64,000 nt of DNA, taken from a virus. The notes under the pieces were generated by a model, which was not told where the DNA came from, ran no database searches, and saw nothing but the letters and a program-made list of their open reading frames with translations. The stretch is from the IMG/VR virus record IMGVR_UViG_3300001567_000262, positions 1 to 64,000 of that record. One strand, given 5' to 3'. The translations under genes and the position numbers were made by a program. This document shows, piece by piece, positions 1 through 10,405 of the stretch (position 1 is the stretch's first letter; the number at the start of each line of letters is the position of its first letter).

Positions 1-114
1 GTGGGTGTCACCGGAAACGGTGCCGCTCGCAGCGTCCTTTTTCTATTTGCGGCAAAAGATGCCATTCCGGCTGACACCTGCAGCCCCTCCTCCCCCGGCC
101 GGAGGAGGAACGGA

Positions 115-699
115 ATGGACATCAACGACACACACGGACTTTTCGACGAGTATGAAATTGCCACCATCAGAATCAAATCCAGAGGGTTGATCGGAAAAGC
201 CGGTTTCATGCCTGGCGATTTCGAGGACATCAGGCAGGAGATTATCCTTGACCTTCTTCAGCGGCTTCCGAACTACGACCCAGAAAAATCTTCACGGCAC
301 ACATTCATCAATGATCTCGTCGACAACAAGGTCGCCCGCATATTCGAGGAAAGAAGCGCCGCACAACGGGATTATCACTTCGCCCCGGCTCCGCTCGTTG
401 AAACTGAAAATGAGCATAAATCGCTAACCAGCGATTACGAGCCTGTCACTGAAAAATTACTGCCGTGGAACCGCGGGCTTCGGATTTTGTCCGAATTCGA
501 GCTTTTTGAACTGCGCGAAGACATCATCCGCGTTTTGGAAAAACTCCCTTCAAATCTTCGGGACATCTGCATCATGCTCATGCAGGACAACATCTGCACA
601 GTCGCCGTGGAGACAGGAATCCCCAAGTCCACGCTCATCGACCATCTGAAAAAGATCAGGAATCACTTCGAGATTTCGGGGCTGAAAATTTATTTTTGA
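115..699 (+). CDS. Phage sigma-70/ECF-like factor
   Basis: Region-2-like EDIRQEIILDLLQRLPNYDPEKSSRHTFINDLVDN and C-terminal HTH (VAVETGIPKSTL). ATG at 115 follows GGAGGAGG. Confidence 0.7.
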   Translation: MDINDTHGLFDEYEIATIRIKSRGLIGKAGFMPGDFEDIRQEIILDLLQRLPNYDPEKSSRHTFINDLVDNKVARIFEERSAAQRDYHFAPAPLVETENEHKSLTSDYEPVTEKLLPWNRGLRILSEFELFELREDIIRVLEKLPSNLRDICIMLMQDNICTVAVETGIPKSTLIDHLKKIRNHFEISGLKIYF

Positions 700-784
700 A
701 AATCCCGACCAAAATCGAACTTTCCCGGTAGGTAACCTTTCGACCGGCCCGAAAAGCCGGAGAAAATGCTGGAGGAACATCACG

Positions 785-1339
785 GTGACGGGTACAAAAA
801 CATACGAGGAATTCACGGAATTTGAAAATCTGCTGGTGCGGCGGCTTGCCGGTATACTGTCGCGCCGTTTCGGGATGTCCCGGCAGGAACAGGAAGACGC
901 CGAGCAGGAATTCGCCATAAGACTATGGGCGAAGAAATCCGCGTATGACAAAGATCATCCCTCCCGTTCCTCTTATGAAGCTTATCTGACCCGGTACCTC
1001 GAGAAATATTCCATTCAAATCCTCAAAGCCGTGCGACCTGAAACCAATCTCAACGAGTCCGGCGAAATCGACACCGTATCAAAACCCGCCGCTGCAATCG
1101 AGAAACGCTTTGTATCAACGGAATCCATTGCCATGTTTCGTGTCCTCATGGTCACAGCATTTTCGAAGTTCACGCCCGCCCAAAAAGAGCTTTTCACACG
1201 CGTCGGCCGGGGAGAAACCATCACGGAGATTTCCGCAGACACAGGTATTCCTCGACCGACGATCTATGCCCGGCTCAACAGGATGCGCCGGATTTTTCAT
1301 GAAAACGGACTCAATGTCGCAGCAAATATAAACGCATGA
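785..1339 (+). CDS. Second sigma-70/ECF-like factor
   Basis: EDAEQEFAIRLW..YD..RSSYEAYL region-2-like segment and TITEISADTGIPRPTIYARL HTH; GGAGG upstream of GTG. Confidence 0.65.
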   Translation: MTGTKTYEEFTEFENLLVRRLAGILSRRFGMSRQEQEDAEQEFAIRLWAKKSAYDKDHPSRSSYEAYLTRYLEKYSIQILKAVRPETNLNESGEIDTVSKPAAAIEKRFVSTESIAMFRVLMVTAFSKFTPAQKELFTRVGRGETITEISADTGIPRPTIYARLNRMRRIFHENGLNVAANINA

Positions 1340-1357
1340 AAGGAGGTATCACACGCA

Positions 1358-2404
1358 ATGAATCAGGCAAAGGAACTCGACACACTGACGTATTCGGCGC
1401 TTAAAACGTTCCGCAACTGCCGCCGCATGTACGACCTGCGATACAACCGGCATCTCGCGCCGATGGACGCAGACTCGGATGCGCAGGCTCTCGGAACCAT
1501 TTTTCACGGCAGCATGGAACGGTGGTACGGGCGCGACATGGCGATTCCCGCGGAACAGGCGGTAAACAGCGTCCTCGAATACATCGACGGCGCCTGCCCC
1601 GGCAGGGTCCATGATGACCGGCAACGGAAGATATGGCATCTCGCCCGCGCGATGTTTCTGGGGTATGTGAAACGGTATCCCTCGGAAGGCTTCGATGTCG
1701 TAGCGGTTGAGAAGGAATTCGAAAGCCAGATCATCAACCCCGAAACCGACTGCTCGAGCCGGACGTTCACCATGCGCGGCAAGGTGGATGGAATCATCCT
1801 GAAGGACGGGAAGCACTATCTCATCGAGCACAAGAGCGCATCAGCCATCGACGGCAATTACATCGAGCGGCTGCCGATGGATTTTCAGATCATTCTCTAC
1901 TCCGACTACATCGAGCGATTCCTGAACATCCGCATCGCGGGGATTCTGTACAACGTCGTCGGCAAAGCCCAGATCAAGCAAAGCAAGGGCGAAACCGAGG
2001 CCGAATTCGAAGAGCGTCGCGCAGCGCTGATAGCAAAATCCAAGACTGGCAAATCGTCCGCAAAACAGCAGTTGCCGGAGACCGACGAGGATTTTCAAGC
2101 GCGGCTTGCCGCGAAATATGCCGAAGACGACATGTTCCATCGCGAGCTTCTCATCATCTCCCGCGACAACTTCGACGTGCTTCATTCCGAGGTCTGGGAA
2201 CTGACCCAGCAGCTTCTTCTTGCGCGGCGCACAGGCCGGTGGTACATGAACACCGACTATTGCTTCCACTACAACCGCCCATGCATGTATTTTCCCATCT
2301 GCCGCTCGGGCGAGAATCCAAACGTCATTGAAAACCTCTATCGCGTCACGCCGCCTCATTCCGAATTGAGCGGCACCGCCGTGGAGCCGGAACCCGTTTT
2401 TTAG
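1358..2404 (+). CDS. PD-(D/E)XK nuclease (RecB/Cas4-like phage exonuclease)
   Basis: GKVDGII..YLIEHKS catalytic motif; Cys near both termini (NCRR; CFHYNRPCMYFPIC). Confidence 0.85.
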   Translation: MNQAKELDTLTYSALKTFRNCRRMYDLRYNRHLAPMDADSDAQALGTIFHGSMERWYGRDMAIPAEQAVNSVLEYIDGACPGRVHDDRQRKIWHLARAMFLGYVKRYPSEGFDVVAVEKEFESQIINPETDCSSRTFTMRGKVDGIILKDGKHYLIEHKSASAIDGNYIERLPMDFQIILYSDYIERFLNIRIAGILYNVVGKAQIKQSKGETEAEFEERRAALIAKSKTGKSSAKQQLPETDEDFQARLAAKYAEDDMFHRELLIISRDNFDVLHSEVWELTQQLLLARRTGRWYMNTDYCFHYNRPCMYFPICRSGENPNVIENLYRVTPPHSELSGTAVEPEPVF

Positions 2405-2431
2405 GCCTACGAGGCCGGAAAGGAGAAATGC

Positions 2432-3202
2432 ATGTTACCCACAACCAAAACGCCGCCCCGCACATTGCTCAGCGACCTGACGGTCCTCACATGGGGGCAG
2501 CAGAAAATCGGGAAGTCTTCGTTCTGTTCCCACGCCGAGGACGCGCTATTTCTGGCCACCGAGGCCGGACTCAACTCGCTCGATGTATTCCAGACGCCGA
2601 TCAGCAATTGGGATGAATTCCTTCAGGCCTGCGCCGAAATCGCAGAAGGAAAACATCCCTTCAAAACAATCGTCGTCGACACGGTGGACAACGCCTACCG
2701 ATTCTGCACCCAGTACATCTGCGCAAAGCACAAGATCGAGCATGAGTCCGACCTCGGCTACGGAAAAGGATGGGCGCTGATCAACAGCGAGTTTTACCGC
2801 GTGCTGAACAAACTGGCGCTGCTGCCATACGGGCTGTTCATGATCTCGCACGCGCAGGAAAAGGAGATCGAGTCGCGCACTGGCAAATACACCAAGATGA
2901 TGCCGACATTGCCGGACAAGGCGCGCAAGATCGTCCTCGGCATGGTGGACATGATCCTCTACTGCGATCTCGATGTCGTGAAAAACACGGATGGCACATT
3001 CACGCAACGGCGCGTCATCCGCACCAAGCCGTCTCTCTATTACGAGGCGGGAGACCGCACGGGACGCCTGCCGGAAGTTTTTGACCTTGATTACAGCAAA
3101 TACGTGGAAGCGTTCGGTGAAAAGAAAACCGCATCGCAGTCGGTGAGTGCGCCGGTAAAACCCGATGCGGCGAAATCCAAATCTGAAAAAAAGGAGGCAT
3201 AA
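2432..3202 (+). CDS. AAA_24-type ATP-binding protein (Sak4-like recombination ATPase)
   Basis: Walker A WGQQKIGKS and Walker B TIVVDT; lies between the nuclease and SSB genes. Confidence 0.8.
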   Translation: MLPTTKTPPRTLLSDLTVLTWGQQKIGKSSFCSHAEDALFLATEAGLNSLDVFQTPISNWDEFLQACAEIAEGKHPFKTIVVDTVDNAYRFCTQYICAKHKIEHESDLGYGKGWALINSEFYRVLNKLALLPYGLFMISHAQEKEIESRTGKYTKMMPTLPDKARKIVLGMVDMILYCDLDVVKNTDGTFTQRRVIRTKPSLYYEAGDRTGRLPEVFDLDYSKYVEAFGEKKTASQSVSAPVKPDAAKSKSEKKEA

Positions 3203-3205
3203 ATA

Positions 3206-3712
3206 ATGGATGAGGAACGGAATGAAAACGGAGCAGGAACTGGCGCGGTCGATGAATTCGATCTCGCGCAATGGGACGAGGAATACGTCAACGCGCCGGT
3301 TGAGGAGCGCGACTTCGACAGCGTCCCCGACGGGAAATATCAGGTGGTCGTGGACCGGGTTGAGCTGACGAAGTCCCAGACGTCGGGAAATCCGATGTTG
3401 AAATGGAAGCTCAGGGTGCTCGGCCCGAAGCATGTGGGAGCGATCATCTGGCGAAACAACGTTGTCGGCACCAAGGGCAACGTCCAGTGGCTTAAGAACG
3501 ACCTGCACGTGTGCGGGCTCGATCTGGAGAAACTGTCGGAACTCCCCGGCAAGATGGAGAAACTGCTCGACATCATGCTCGAGGTCACTAAAAAGACAAA
3601 GGGCGAGAACGAGAACATCTACATCAACCGCCGGATCATCAACGATGCCGCCGGCGGCGGTGGCAAGGACATCGACAAGCAGCTTCAGGAAGAGGCTGCG
3701 AAAGTCTTCTGA
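3206..3712 (+). CDS. DUF669 family protein (putative ssDNA-binding)
   Basis: DFDSVPDGKYQVVV..ELTKSQTSGNPMLKW pattern and context. Confidence 0.8.
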   Translation: MDEERNENGAGTGAVDEFDLAQWDEEYVNAPVEERDFDSVPDGKYQVVVDRVELTKSQTSGNPMLKWKLRVLGPKHVGAIIWRNNVVGTKGNVQWLKNDLHVCGLDLEKLSELPGKMEKLLDIMLEVTKKTKGENENIYINRRIINDAAGGGGKDIDKQLQEEAAKVF

Positions 3713-3727
3713 CGCATCTTCTTTCTC

Positions 3728-3770
3728 GGGTGGGGAGACGAACGCCGTCTCTCCGCCCATTTCTTTTTTT
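3728..3770 (+). terminator. Intrinsic terminator-like hairpin
   Basis: GGGTGGGGAGACG / CGTCTCTCCGCCC imperfect stem followed by a T-run. Confidence 0.55.
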
Positions 3771-3799
3771 GCAATCCGCGTTTACCGATAGAGGCAATC

Positions 3800-4225
3800 A
3801 TGATCATCGTTATCGACTCCAGAGAAAAAGACGAGTACACATTCGGCGACATCGTCCCGATCAAACAGAAACTGGATGCTGGAGACTATTCCGTTGCGGG
3901 GCTCGAAGACCGCATTGCCATCGAGCGCAAAAACATCGACGACTTCGTGGGGACGGTCATCTACCATAAAGATCGATTCCATGAGGAACTGGTGCGGCTG
4001 TCCCGCATGGAATTTTCAGCGATTGTCGTCGAAGCCTCCCTGAAAGACATTCTGGACCATCGTTACAAAAGCGGCGTCCTTCCACTTTCCGTAATCGGCG
4101 CGACTGTGGCAATCATGGTCGAGTATCGAATCCCCATCGTCTTTTGCGGAAGCAGGCAGCTTGCATGTCACATGACGCAATCGATCCTTCAAAGGTTCGC
4201 ATCAAAACACTTGAGGCAATCATGA
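3800..4225 (+). CDS. ERCC4/XPF-domain nuclease
   Basis: IVIDSRE, GDYS, IAIERK motifs. Confidence 0.9.
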   Translation: MIIVIDSREKDEYTFGDIVPIKQKLDAGDYSVAGLEDRIAIERKNIDDFVGTVIYHKDRFHEELVRLSRMEFSAIVVEASLKDILDHRYKSGVLPLSVIGATVAIMVEYRIPIVFCGSRQLACHMTQSILQRFASKHLRQS

Positions 4226-6429
4226 GGAAAGCAAATGCACAGAAAAAAACAAAAGAACCGACGGCGATGCGCGGAACTATTTCGCACGTTTACTTCACCT
4301 CCGACAGATTCACCGCGGGGCGCATCGCGGCGGAGAACGGATCAGAAATATCCTTTGCGGGAAAGTTCGGTGGCTTGCGGGAGAACGACCGGGTCATCCT
4401 CTATGGCGAACACGGCATTCATGAGAAGTATGGGAAGCAATTTACTGCGCTTCGGTTCGAGTATGACACGGACTACGATGTCGAGGGCATAGCGAATTAC
4501 ATCGCATCCAACCCGGAAATGAAAGGCATCGGAATGGCGCGAGCCGTTAAAATCGCGCGGGTCTGCGGCGACGACTTCGGCCGGATCGTGACCGATGAGC
4601 CTGAGCGTCTGGCATCGATCCCAGGGGTGACGATGGAAATCGCCATGACGCTGCACGCGGAATGGATCAAACACAAGGAATACAACAAATGCATGACCCG
4701 GCTCGCGGCTTACGATCTTACCCATCGGCAGATCATGTCCCTGATAGGTAAATATGGAAACAACGCGGCGAGGGTCATTGAAGAGAATCCATACCGGCTT
4801 ATCGAGGATGTTGCCGGGTACGGTTTCAAAAAAGCTGACATGCTCGCCCGGAAGGCTGGCACTCCGAAGTCATCGCCGAGTCGCATCCGGTCAGCGATTC
4901 TGTACGTCATTGAAAGCGCGATTGATGACGGTGACTGCCTTGTCGAATACCGCGACCTTATCGCCCGGGCCGACAAGATTCTCATTCTCGATACTCTCGA
5001 CAGCCATGAACTCATCGAAGATCAGCTCGATGGGCTGATTAAAGAATCCGGCGGGATAATGTGCCATGCCCATGAGAATCAGTTCTTTGTCGCGCTCAAA
5101 TCAATTTATGAGATGGAGCGTTTCATTGCCGAGATATTTAAAGAAAACGTCGGGTCCAACACAAAGCTCGATGCAAGAAACGCACTCGCGTGTATTCCAG
5201 ACAGTCTGAATCCTGGACAGAAAGAAGCGGTACAAACCGCAGTTGGAAATGCCATGTGCCTGATCTCCGGTGGCGCAGGCACGGGAAAGACTTACACGGT
5301 TTCATGCATCGTCGACATTTACATAGATGCCGATCTGATCGTAATCCTCGCAGCGCCCACGGGCAAGGCCGCAAAACGGCTTGAACAGGCCACGGGCATG
5401 TCGGCATCCACGATACACCGTCTGCTCGGATATGACGGTTCCACATTCCAGCGGGGCCCGGACAATCCCATTGATGCGGACGTTCTCATTCTCGACGAGG
5501 TTTCCATGCTGGATGTTCCGCTCTGCTGGCATCTGTTCCAGGCGATTGATTTTGAGCGCACAAACCTCGTTCTGGTCGGCGACCACAACCAGTTACCGCC
5601 GGTGGGTCCGGGCAACATCCTGCGAGATCTGATTCAGCAGAAACTCATTCCCGCGACCATTCTGTCCGAGGTCGTGCGACAAGCGGGCATTCTGAAGGAA
5701 AACAGCATCGCCATCCTCTCCGGACGCGTGCCGACCAATGTCGAGGGCGCCACCACCCGGAAGGAATGGTATGTCGTCGATAAATTCAAAGAGCCGGAGG
5801 AGTTTCTCAAATTCATTCTTTATCTGTACGAGAACGTGCTGCACGAGAAACTTGGATTCGACCTTGTCCGGGACGTTCAGCTTCTCGCGCCCATGAAAAA
5901 AGGCGTCCTGGGCGTCGACAATCTGAATATCGAGTTGCAGCGGCTGCTTCAGAATAAGTGTTTCGGCTTCGATGTCGATCCGGTTCGCCCGAACAGGCGA
6001 CCAAAACTTCACGTCAATGACAAAGTCATCCAGAACCGCAACAACTACGACCTCGATGTCATGAACGGCGCGGTCGGCTATATCAAACATTACGATCCCA
6101 CAGACGACGGCATTTACCACATCGAATTCGATGGTGGCGTGCGCTCTTTCGATTCCGAAGCGATGAAAAACATATCGCTCGCTTACGCCTCAACAATTCA
6201 CAAAATGCAGGGCTCGGAATGCGAATGCGTCGTCGCAGTAGTTCACAAGTCGCAGTCCTTCATGCATCATCGCAACCTCTTTTACACGGCGGTCACCCGC
6301 GCGAAAAAGACGGCAATCATCATCGGTGACCGCTGGGGCATTAAAACGTGCGCCGAGCGCGCATTCTCCGACAAAAGAAAGACATTCCTCAGTCTGGAAG
6401 GGTTCGAGGATAACATAAAAAATGAATAA
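4222..6429 (+). CDS. recD2: RecD2-like SF1B helicase
   Basis: ENPYRL, GYGFKKAD, Walker A GGAGTGKT, APTGKAAKRL, LILDEVSM, GDHNQLPPVGPG, TIHKMQGSE, YTAVTRA. Start placed at ATG 4222 (ATGA overlap with the upstream stop). Confidence 0.9.
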   Translation: MRKANAQKKTKEPTAMRGTISHVYFTSDRFTAGRIAAENGSEISFAGKFGGLRENDRVILYGEHGIHEKYGKQFTALRFEYDTDYDVEGIANYIASNPEMKGIGMARAVKIARVCGDDFGRIVTDEPERLASIPGVTMEIAMTLHAEWIKHKEYNKCMTRLAAYDLTHRQIMSLIGKYGNNAARVIEENPYRLIEDVAGYGFKKADMLARKAGTPKSSPSRIRSAILYVIESAIDDGDCLVEYRDLIARADKILILDTLDSHELIEDQLDGLIKESGGIMCHAHENQFFVALKSIYEMERFIAEIFKENVGSNTKLDARNALACIPDSLNPGQKEAVQTAVGNAMCLISGGAGTGKTYTVSCIVDIYIDADLIVILAAPTGKAAKRLEQATGMSASTIHRLLGYDGSTFQRGPDNPIDADVLILDEVSMLDVPLCWHLFQAIDFERTNLVLVGDHNQLPPVGPGNILRDLIQQKLIPATILSEVVRQAGILKENSIAILSGRVPTNVEGATTRKEWYVVDKFKEPEEFLKFILYLYENVLHEKLGFDLVRDVQLLAPMKKGVLGVDNLNIELQRLLQNKCFGFDVDPVRPNRRPKLHVNDKVIQNRNNYDLDVMNGAVGYIKHYDPTDDGIYHIEFDGGVRSFDSEAMKNISLAYASTIHKMQGSECECVVAVVHKSQSFMHHRNLFYTAVTRAKKTAIIIGDRWGIKTCAERAFSDKRKTFLSLEGFEDNIKNE

Positions 6430-9400
6430 CCCGAAGGAATACTATTCGCTAATCACGAATGTAGATATCGCAGACGTCGCAAGGGAACTCATCGGGGAAA
6501 GAATAACGGATGAGTCCGGCGGCGTCCTTTACGTTGACTGCCCCCGGCATGCGAGCATTTCACATCGCTCATTCACCATCGACATAAAAAAACAGAATTG
6601 GTACTGTTTCGGTTGCGCCATGGGCGGCGACGTGCTGCAGCTTGTCGAGTACATTCAGTCCGGCGTCGTAACAAAAAATGCCAGCGGCAGGATGCCCAAC
6701 ACGCATCGCGCGGCGCGGGACTATCTCGCCCTAAAGGCGAACATTCCCCCTCTCTCGCAATGGAATCTTTCTCAAGAGCAGATAATCGAAGCCGAGTCAC
6801 GGCGATCCGAAGAGGAACTCGTATTCGGCATCCTGAAGGACATCGCCGAATTCTATCACAAGCAATTCCTTGATAGAGCCGATGTGCAGGAGGCGTTCCG
6901 CAAACAATATGCAATCTCCGACGAGACCATCAAGACGCTTCAGATCGGGTTTGCCGATAATGACGGCCTTCTGAAATACCTGAAGGAAAAATATCAGCCG
7001 TTTGAGATAGCCAAGACCGGATGTTTCAATTTCGATTATCAGGAGAACCTCCTCCCAGTCTTCAAGCAGCGGTATGTGTTTCCATATTGGAAGCAAGGGC
7101 GCGTCGTCTATCTCATCGCCCGGCAATCCCCGTGGACGGAAATAAACGAATACGAGAGACACAAGTACAAAAAGCTGCAACTTCCCAACGACCAGCACAA
7201 ATACATCTCGCCGTGCATCAACAACCGCTACTTCTTCAATGAAGATGCGTTGCTGGCGAAATCAGAATTTGTCGTCATCACCGAGGGCGTCACGGACTGC
7301 ATCTCGCTCATGGAACACGGCTTCACGGCATTCTCGCCGGTGACGAACAATTTCTCGGATAATGACCTCGAGAAGCTATTCAATCTCACCCGGCGTTTTG
7401 AGCGCATCTACATCTGCCAGGACAATGAACCCAGCGAGGCCGGATTCAAGGGCGCGATGAAGACCGCGAATTTTCTGGAATCGCGCGGCCTGAATGTTTT
7501 TGTGTCGAGTCTTCCTATCGGCGAAAAACAAACGAGGGCGCGCGCCCGGCTTGCTGAATTGCCGCCTGATGCCCCGAAGAAAATCCTCGATGAACTGAAA
7601 CCGGATTCCAAGATAGACGTCAATGAATACTTTCTCACCCACACTGCGGACGATTTTCTTGCGTTGCTCGTCACGGCAAAGACGCCGATTCATTATGCCA
7701 TCGCTTCAATACCTCCCGACATGCCGGACGATGAACGGAACAAGATGCTGTATCCGGTCATGCGTCGGCTTGCCGCGTTGAAACCCATTGATCTGGATCG
7801 GTATGTGGACACCATTCAATCTCATTTCGGAAAGAAACTCTCAAAGAAAACCATCCAGGACACCATCGCCGCGGTGCGCCGCGAGGAGAAAACCAAAGAG
7901 AGAAAGAAATTCCATAGCGACGCACCGGAAGGAAGCTGCAGGCGGCTCATCGACCAGATGCTTTTCGATACAACCGAGGAGGAAGGCAAACCGAACTGGA
8001 ACACGATTACTGAAGGCGTGTACCGGTGGTTTAAAAACAACGGCGCGATTTTCTTTCACGACACAGACCAGAACCGCTACATGTATTTTGAAGGGAGAGT
8101 GTTCAGCATGAAACCAGACAAGAATTCAAACCCGGCATATCTGTCCATGCTCTATAAGCACACGCAGATTCCGATCACAACGAGTCCGACAGGCCGCGTC
8201 TTCCATGAGTGTTTCGACAGCATCGCCTACAACGACGGCGACATGAAAGACCCGCACTACTGGCTTTACACCGACCGGGCGCACCACACAGTCTTTTTCA
8301 ATCTCAATAATGACGAGAACGAGATCGTGAAAATAACGCCGGACGGCATCACGCTCATCCGCAACGGAATCAACGACGATAACATCGTGTTCCACCGCTC
8401 CCCGACAATGCGCCCCGTCGAATACCTTCCGGACGTTGATGTTTCCGCAGCGGAGCAGCTCTTCAAGAAACTCATTTTCGACAACCTTGCATGTCCCGTC
8501 GAGGAGCGCGTGCTTATCACGACATGGATTTCATGTTTCCTTCTACTCGATTTCGCCGGCACGAGACCGCTTCTCAGGTTCGAGGGCGCCACGCATTCCG
8601 GCAAGTCCACTGCGAGCAAACTCATATCCACACTCGTATTCGGAGTTCAGAATCTTGAGAATCCCACCATCGCGGCAAACTACACCGAGGGCGCGAAACA
8701 GCCTCTCATCGTGATCGACAATATTGAGCTGAAAAACGCGACGGATGAATTCATTCAGTTTCTTCTCACCGCAGTCACCGGCATCGTGCGCACCAAACGC
8801 AGACAGGGCACGGACACCGACACCGTTCGCGAGTCCGTCCGTTGTCTCATCAATACGTCCGGTATCGAGCCTCTTGCCGGGCTGTCGGAACTTACGACCC
8901 GCACGCTTCTTGTCGATTTCGACATCGCATGCTCGACTGTTGGCTATTTCCTTGACGCCGAGACACTCCAAGGCATCATGGATGCCCGCAACATCATGCT
9001 TTCCGCGATATTCAAAAAAACGCAGATGATTCTCAAGCTGCTGCGAGATGGCGGGCATGCACAGATTATGAAGCTTTTCACCGATGAACTCGGGCAGCAT
9101 CCAAAACGGCGCTGCAACGATTTCCTCTCATTAATGTACCTGATGCTGCTTGTCGGCATGAATGAGGCCGACATGAAGAAGTACATGGGAACCGTGCATC
9201 CGGTATTCAAAACGATTCTGAGCGGTCAGCAGCGCCTTTCAGAGACACAGGAGATCGAGGCGAACCCGTTCATCATGTTTGTCGCGCTGATTGTGAAAGA
9301 GAGGCTTCTCGCCATGGCCGCAGACGACAACGGGCCGTCGTCCATGAACCTTGAAATATTCAAACGAACATACGGTCTGATGTTCACCAGTGAATGCACA

Positions 9401-9658
9401 ATTGCCGATGCGCAGGCGCGCGACCTCTTTTCAGCATTCAATGCGCTCGCCAGAAACAAAGGCATGAAGCCGCCTTACATGAGTGCTGCGCAGTTATCCA
9501 AGAGGCTACGAAACGATCTCGGAACAATAGAGAAAGCAGGAATCAGTATCCAGCAGAGAACGAACCGGGAGAGATTCTCTCTATTCACAATCACAGTGCC
9601 GCAATCGTTCATCTCGTCTGTTGATAAGACCAATGGAAGGCTTGAATTCGAAGAATGA
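6422..9658 (+). CDS. DNA primase (CHC2 zinc finger + TOPRIM) with C-terminal P-loop domain
   Basis: CPRH..WYCFGC..GGD zinc finger; ITEGVTD and ICQDNE TOPRIM motifs; GATHSGKST P-loop. Confidence 0.85.
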   Translation: MNNPKEYYSLITNVDIADVARELIGERITDESGGVLYVDCPRHASISHRSFTIDIKKQNWYCFGCAMGGDVLQLVEYIQSGVVTKNASGRMPNTHRAARDYLALKANIPPLSQWNLSQEQIIEAESRRSEEELVFGILKDIAEFYHKQFLDRADVQEAFRKQYAISDETIKTLQIGFADNDGLLKYLKEKYQPFEIAKTGCFNFDYQENLLPVFKQRYVFPYWKQGRVVYLIARQSPWTEINEYERHKYKKLQLPNDQHKYISPCINNRYFFNEDALLAKSEFVVITEGVTDCISLMEHGFTAFSPVTNNFSDNDLEKLFNLTRRFERIYICQDNEPSEAGFKGAMKTANFLESRGLNVFVSSLPIGEKQTRARARLAELPPDAPKKILDELKPDSKIDVNEYFLTHTADDFLALLVTAKTPIHYAIASIPPDMPDDERNKMLYPVMRRLAALKPIDLDRYVDTIQSHFGKKLSKKTIQDTIAAVRREEKTKERKKFHSDAPEGSCRRLIDQMLFDTTEEEGKPNWNTITEGVYRWFKNNGAIFFHDTDQNRYMYFEGRVFSMKPDKNSNPAYLSMLYKHTQIPITTSPTGRVFHECFDSIAYNDGDMKDPHYWLYTDRAHHTVFFNLNNDENEIVKITPDGITLIRNGINDDNIVFHRSPTMRPVEYLPDVDVSAAEQLFKKLIFDNLACPVEERVLITTWISCFLLLDFAGTRPLLRFEGATHSGKSTASKLISTLVFGVQNLENPTIAANYTEGAKQPLIVIDNIELKNATDEFIQFLLTAVTGIVRTKRRQGTDTDTVRESVRCLINTSGIEPLAGLSELTTRTLLVDFDIACSTVGYFLDAETLQGIMDARNIMLSAIFKKTQMILKLLRDGGHAQIMKLFTDELGQHPKRRCNDFLSLMYLMLLVGMNEADMKKYMGTVHPVFKTILSGQQRLSETQEIEANPFIMFVALIVKERLLAMAADDNGPSSMNLEIFKRTYGLMFTSECTIADAQARDLFSAFNALARNKGMKPPYMSAAQLSKRLRNDLGTIEKAGISIQQRTNRERFSLFTITVPQSFISSVDKTNGRLEFEE

Positions 9659-9671
9659 AACCCGTCAGAGC

Positions 9672-9982
9672 GCAGAAGTTGCAGATGTTGCGCAGAAGTT
9701 GGTTTTCCTCAACTTCTGCTTTCAAGAACGTCGTAATCACTGGGGTTTTTATTGAAATGCAGAAGTTGCAGAAGTTAAAAAGAATTGTCTCTTTAATTAA
9801 GGTCTTTATTTTCATTAACTCTGAAAGAGGGAGAGAGAGAAAAAAGACATTTAAAACGGACCAACATTTTCAGCTTCAACTTCTGCAACTTCTGCAAAAC
9901 AGCAAATATCCCTTTGTAATCGCATTTTATGCCGCAGAAGTTGGTGCGGAAGATGAAATCATCGCAGAAGTTGAACTTCTGC
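9672..9982. repeat. GCAGAAGTT iteron cluster, probable replication origin
   Basis: Perfect copies at 9672, 9692, 9759, 9768, 9934, 9964 (+) and 9711, 9878, 9887, 9974 (-), plus a variant at 9681. They surround an AT-rich core directly after the primase gene. Confidence 0.75.
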
Positions 9983-9994
9983 ATGGAGGGCAAA

Positions 9995-10405
9995 ATGAGC
10001 TACCTTGACCTGTTCGATAATGTGCCAGCAGACAAAACCGATATTATCCCCATCGTTTTCGCGGCCACGGACATGACTGTTATCACAATCAGTGATTCAC
10101 GTGTTTCACAAGACATTGTCATTGAAAATGCGAAGCACTATCGCCGTCTCACTCCTGAATACTGGGCATGGTTCTATCACAAATACCATCTCATGGAGCA
10201 AGCGCTCGTGAACGGCAAAATATCGGAATCCACATTCGTGGAAATACTGAACCGCATTTCCGCTCTCTACAATCTGGCTCTCGCCGCGTTCGGAAAAGAT
10301 GCGCTGAAAGAAGCCGAGCGAAACGAATGCGCGAAACAGCAGCCACGGAATCAGCCTCCATCAATCGTGTGCGAGCGCGGGAATGAAAAGAGGCATGTGC
10401 AGTGA
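9995..10405 (+). CDS. Hypothetical protein
   Basis: ATG at 9995 follows GGAGGG; overlaps the next gene start. Confidence 0.6.
   Translation: MSYLDLFDNVPADKTDIIPIVFAATDMTVITISDSRVSQDIVIENAKHYRRLTPEYWAWFYHKYHLMEQALVNGKISESTFVEILNRISALYNLALAAFGKDALKEAERNECAKQQPRNQPPSIVCERGNEKRHVQ

Noticed and set aside
1358-2404. Cas4-like nuclease as a sign of a CRISPR locus
   Set aside because: No repeat-spacer array or other cas genes; the context is a phage recombination module.
2546-3760. 404-aa minus-strand ORF and many similar long antisense ORFs across the phage genes
   Set aside because: Shadows typical of GC-rich coding DNA, opposite well-supported genes.
9655-10008. 117-aa (+) and 68-aa (-) ORFs with QKLQ repeats
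   Set aside because: The repeats are translations of the GCAGAAGTT iterons present in both orientations; better explained as non-coding origin DNA.
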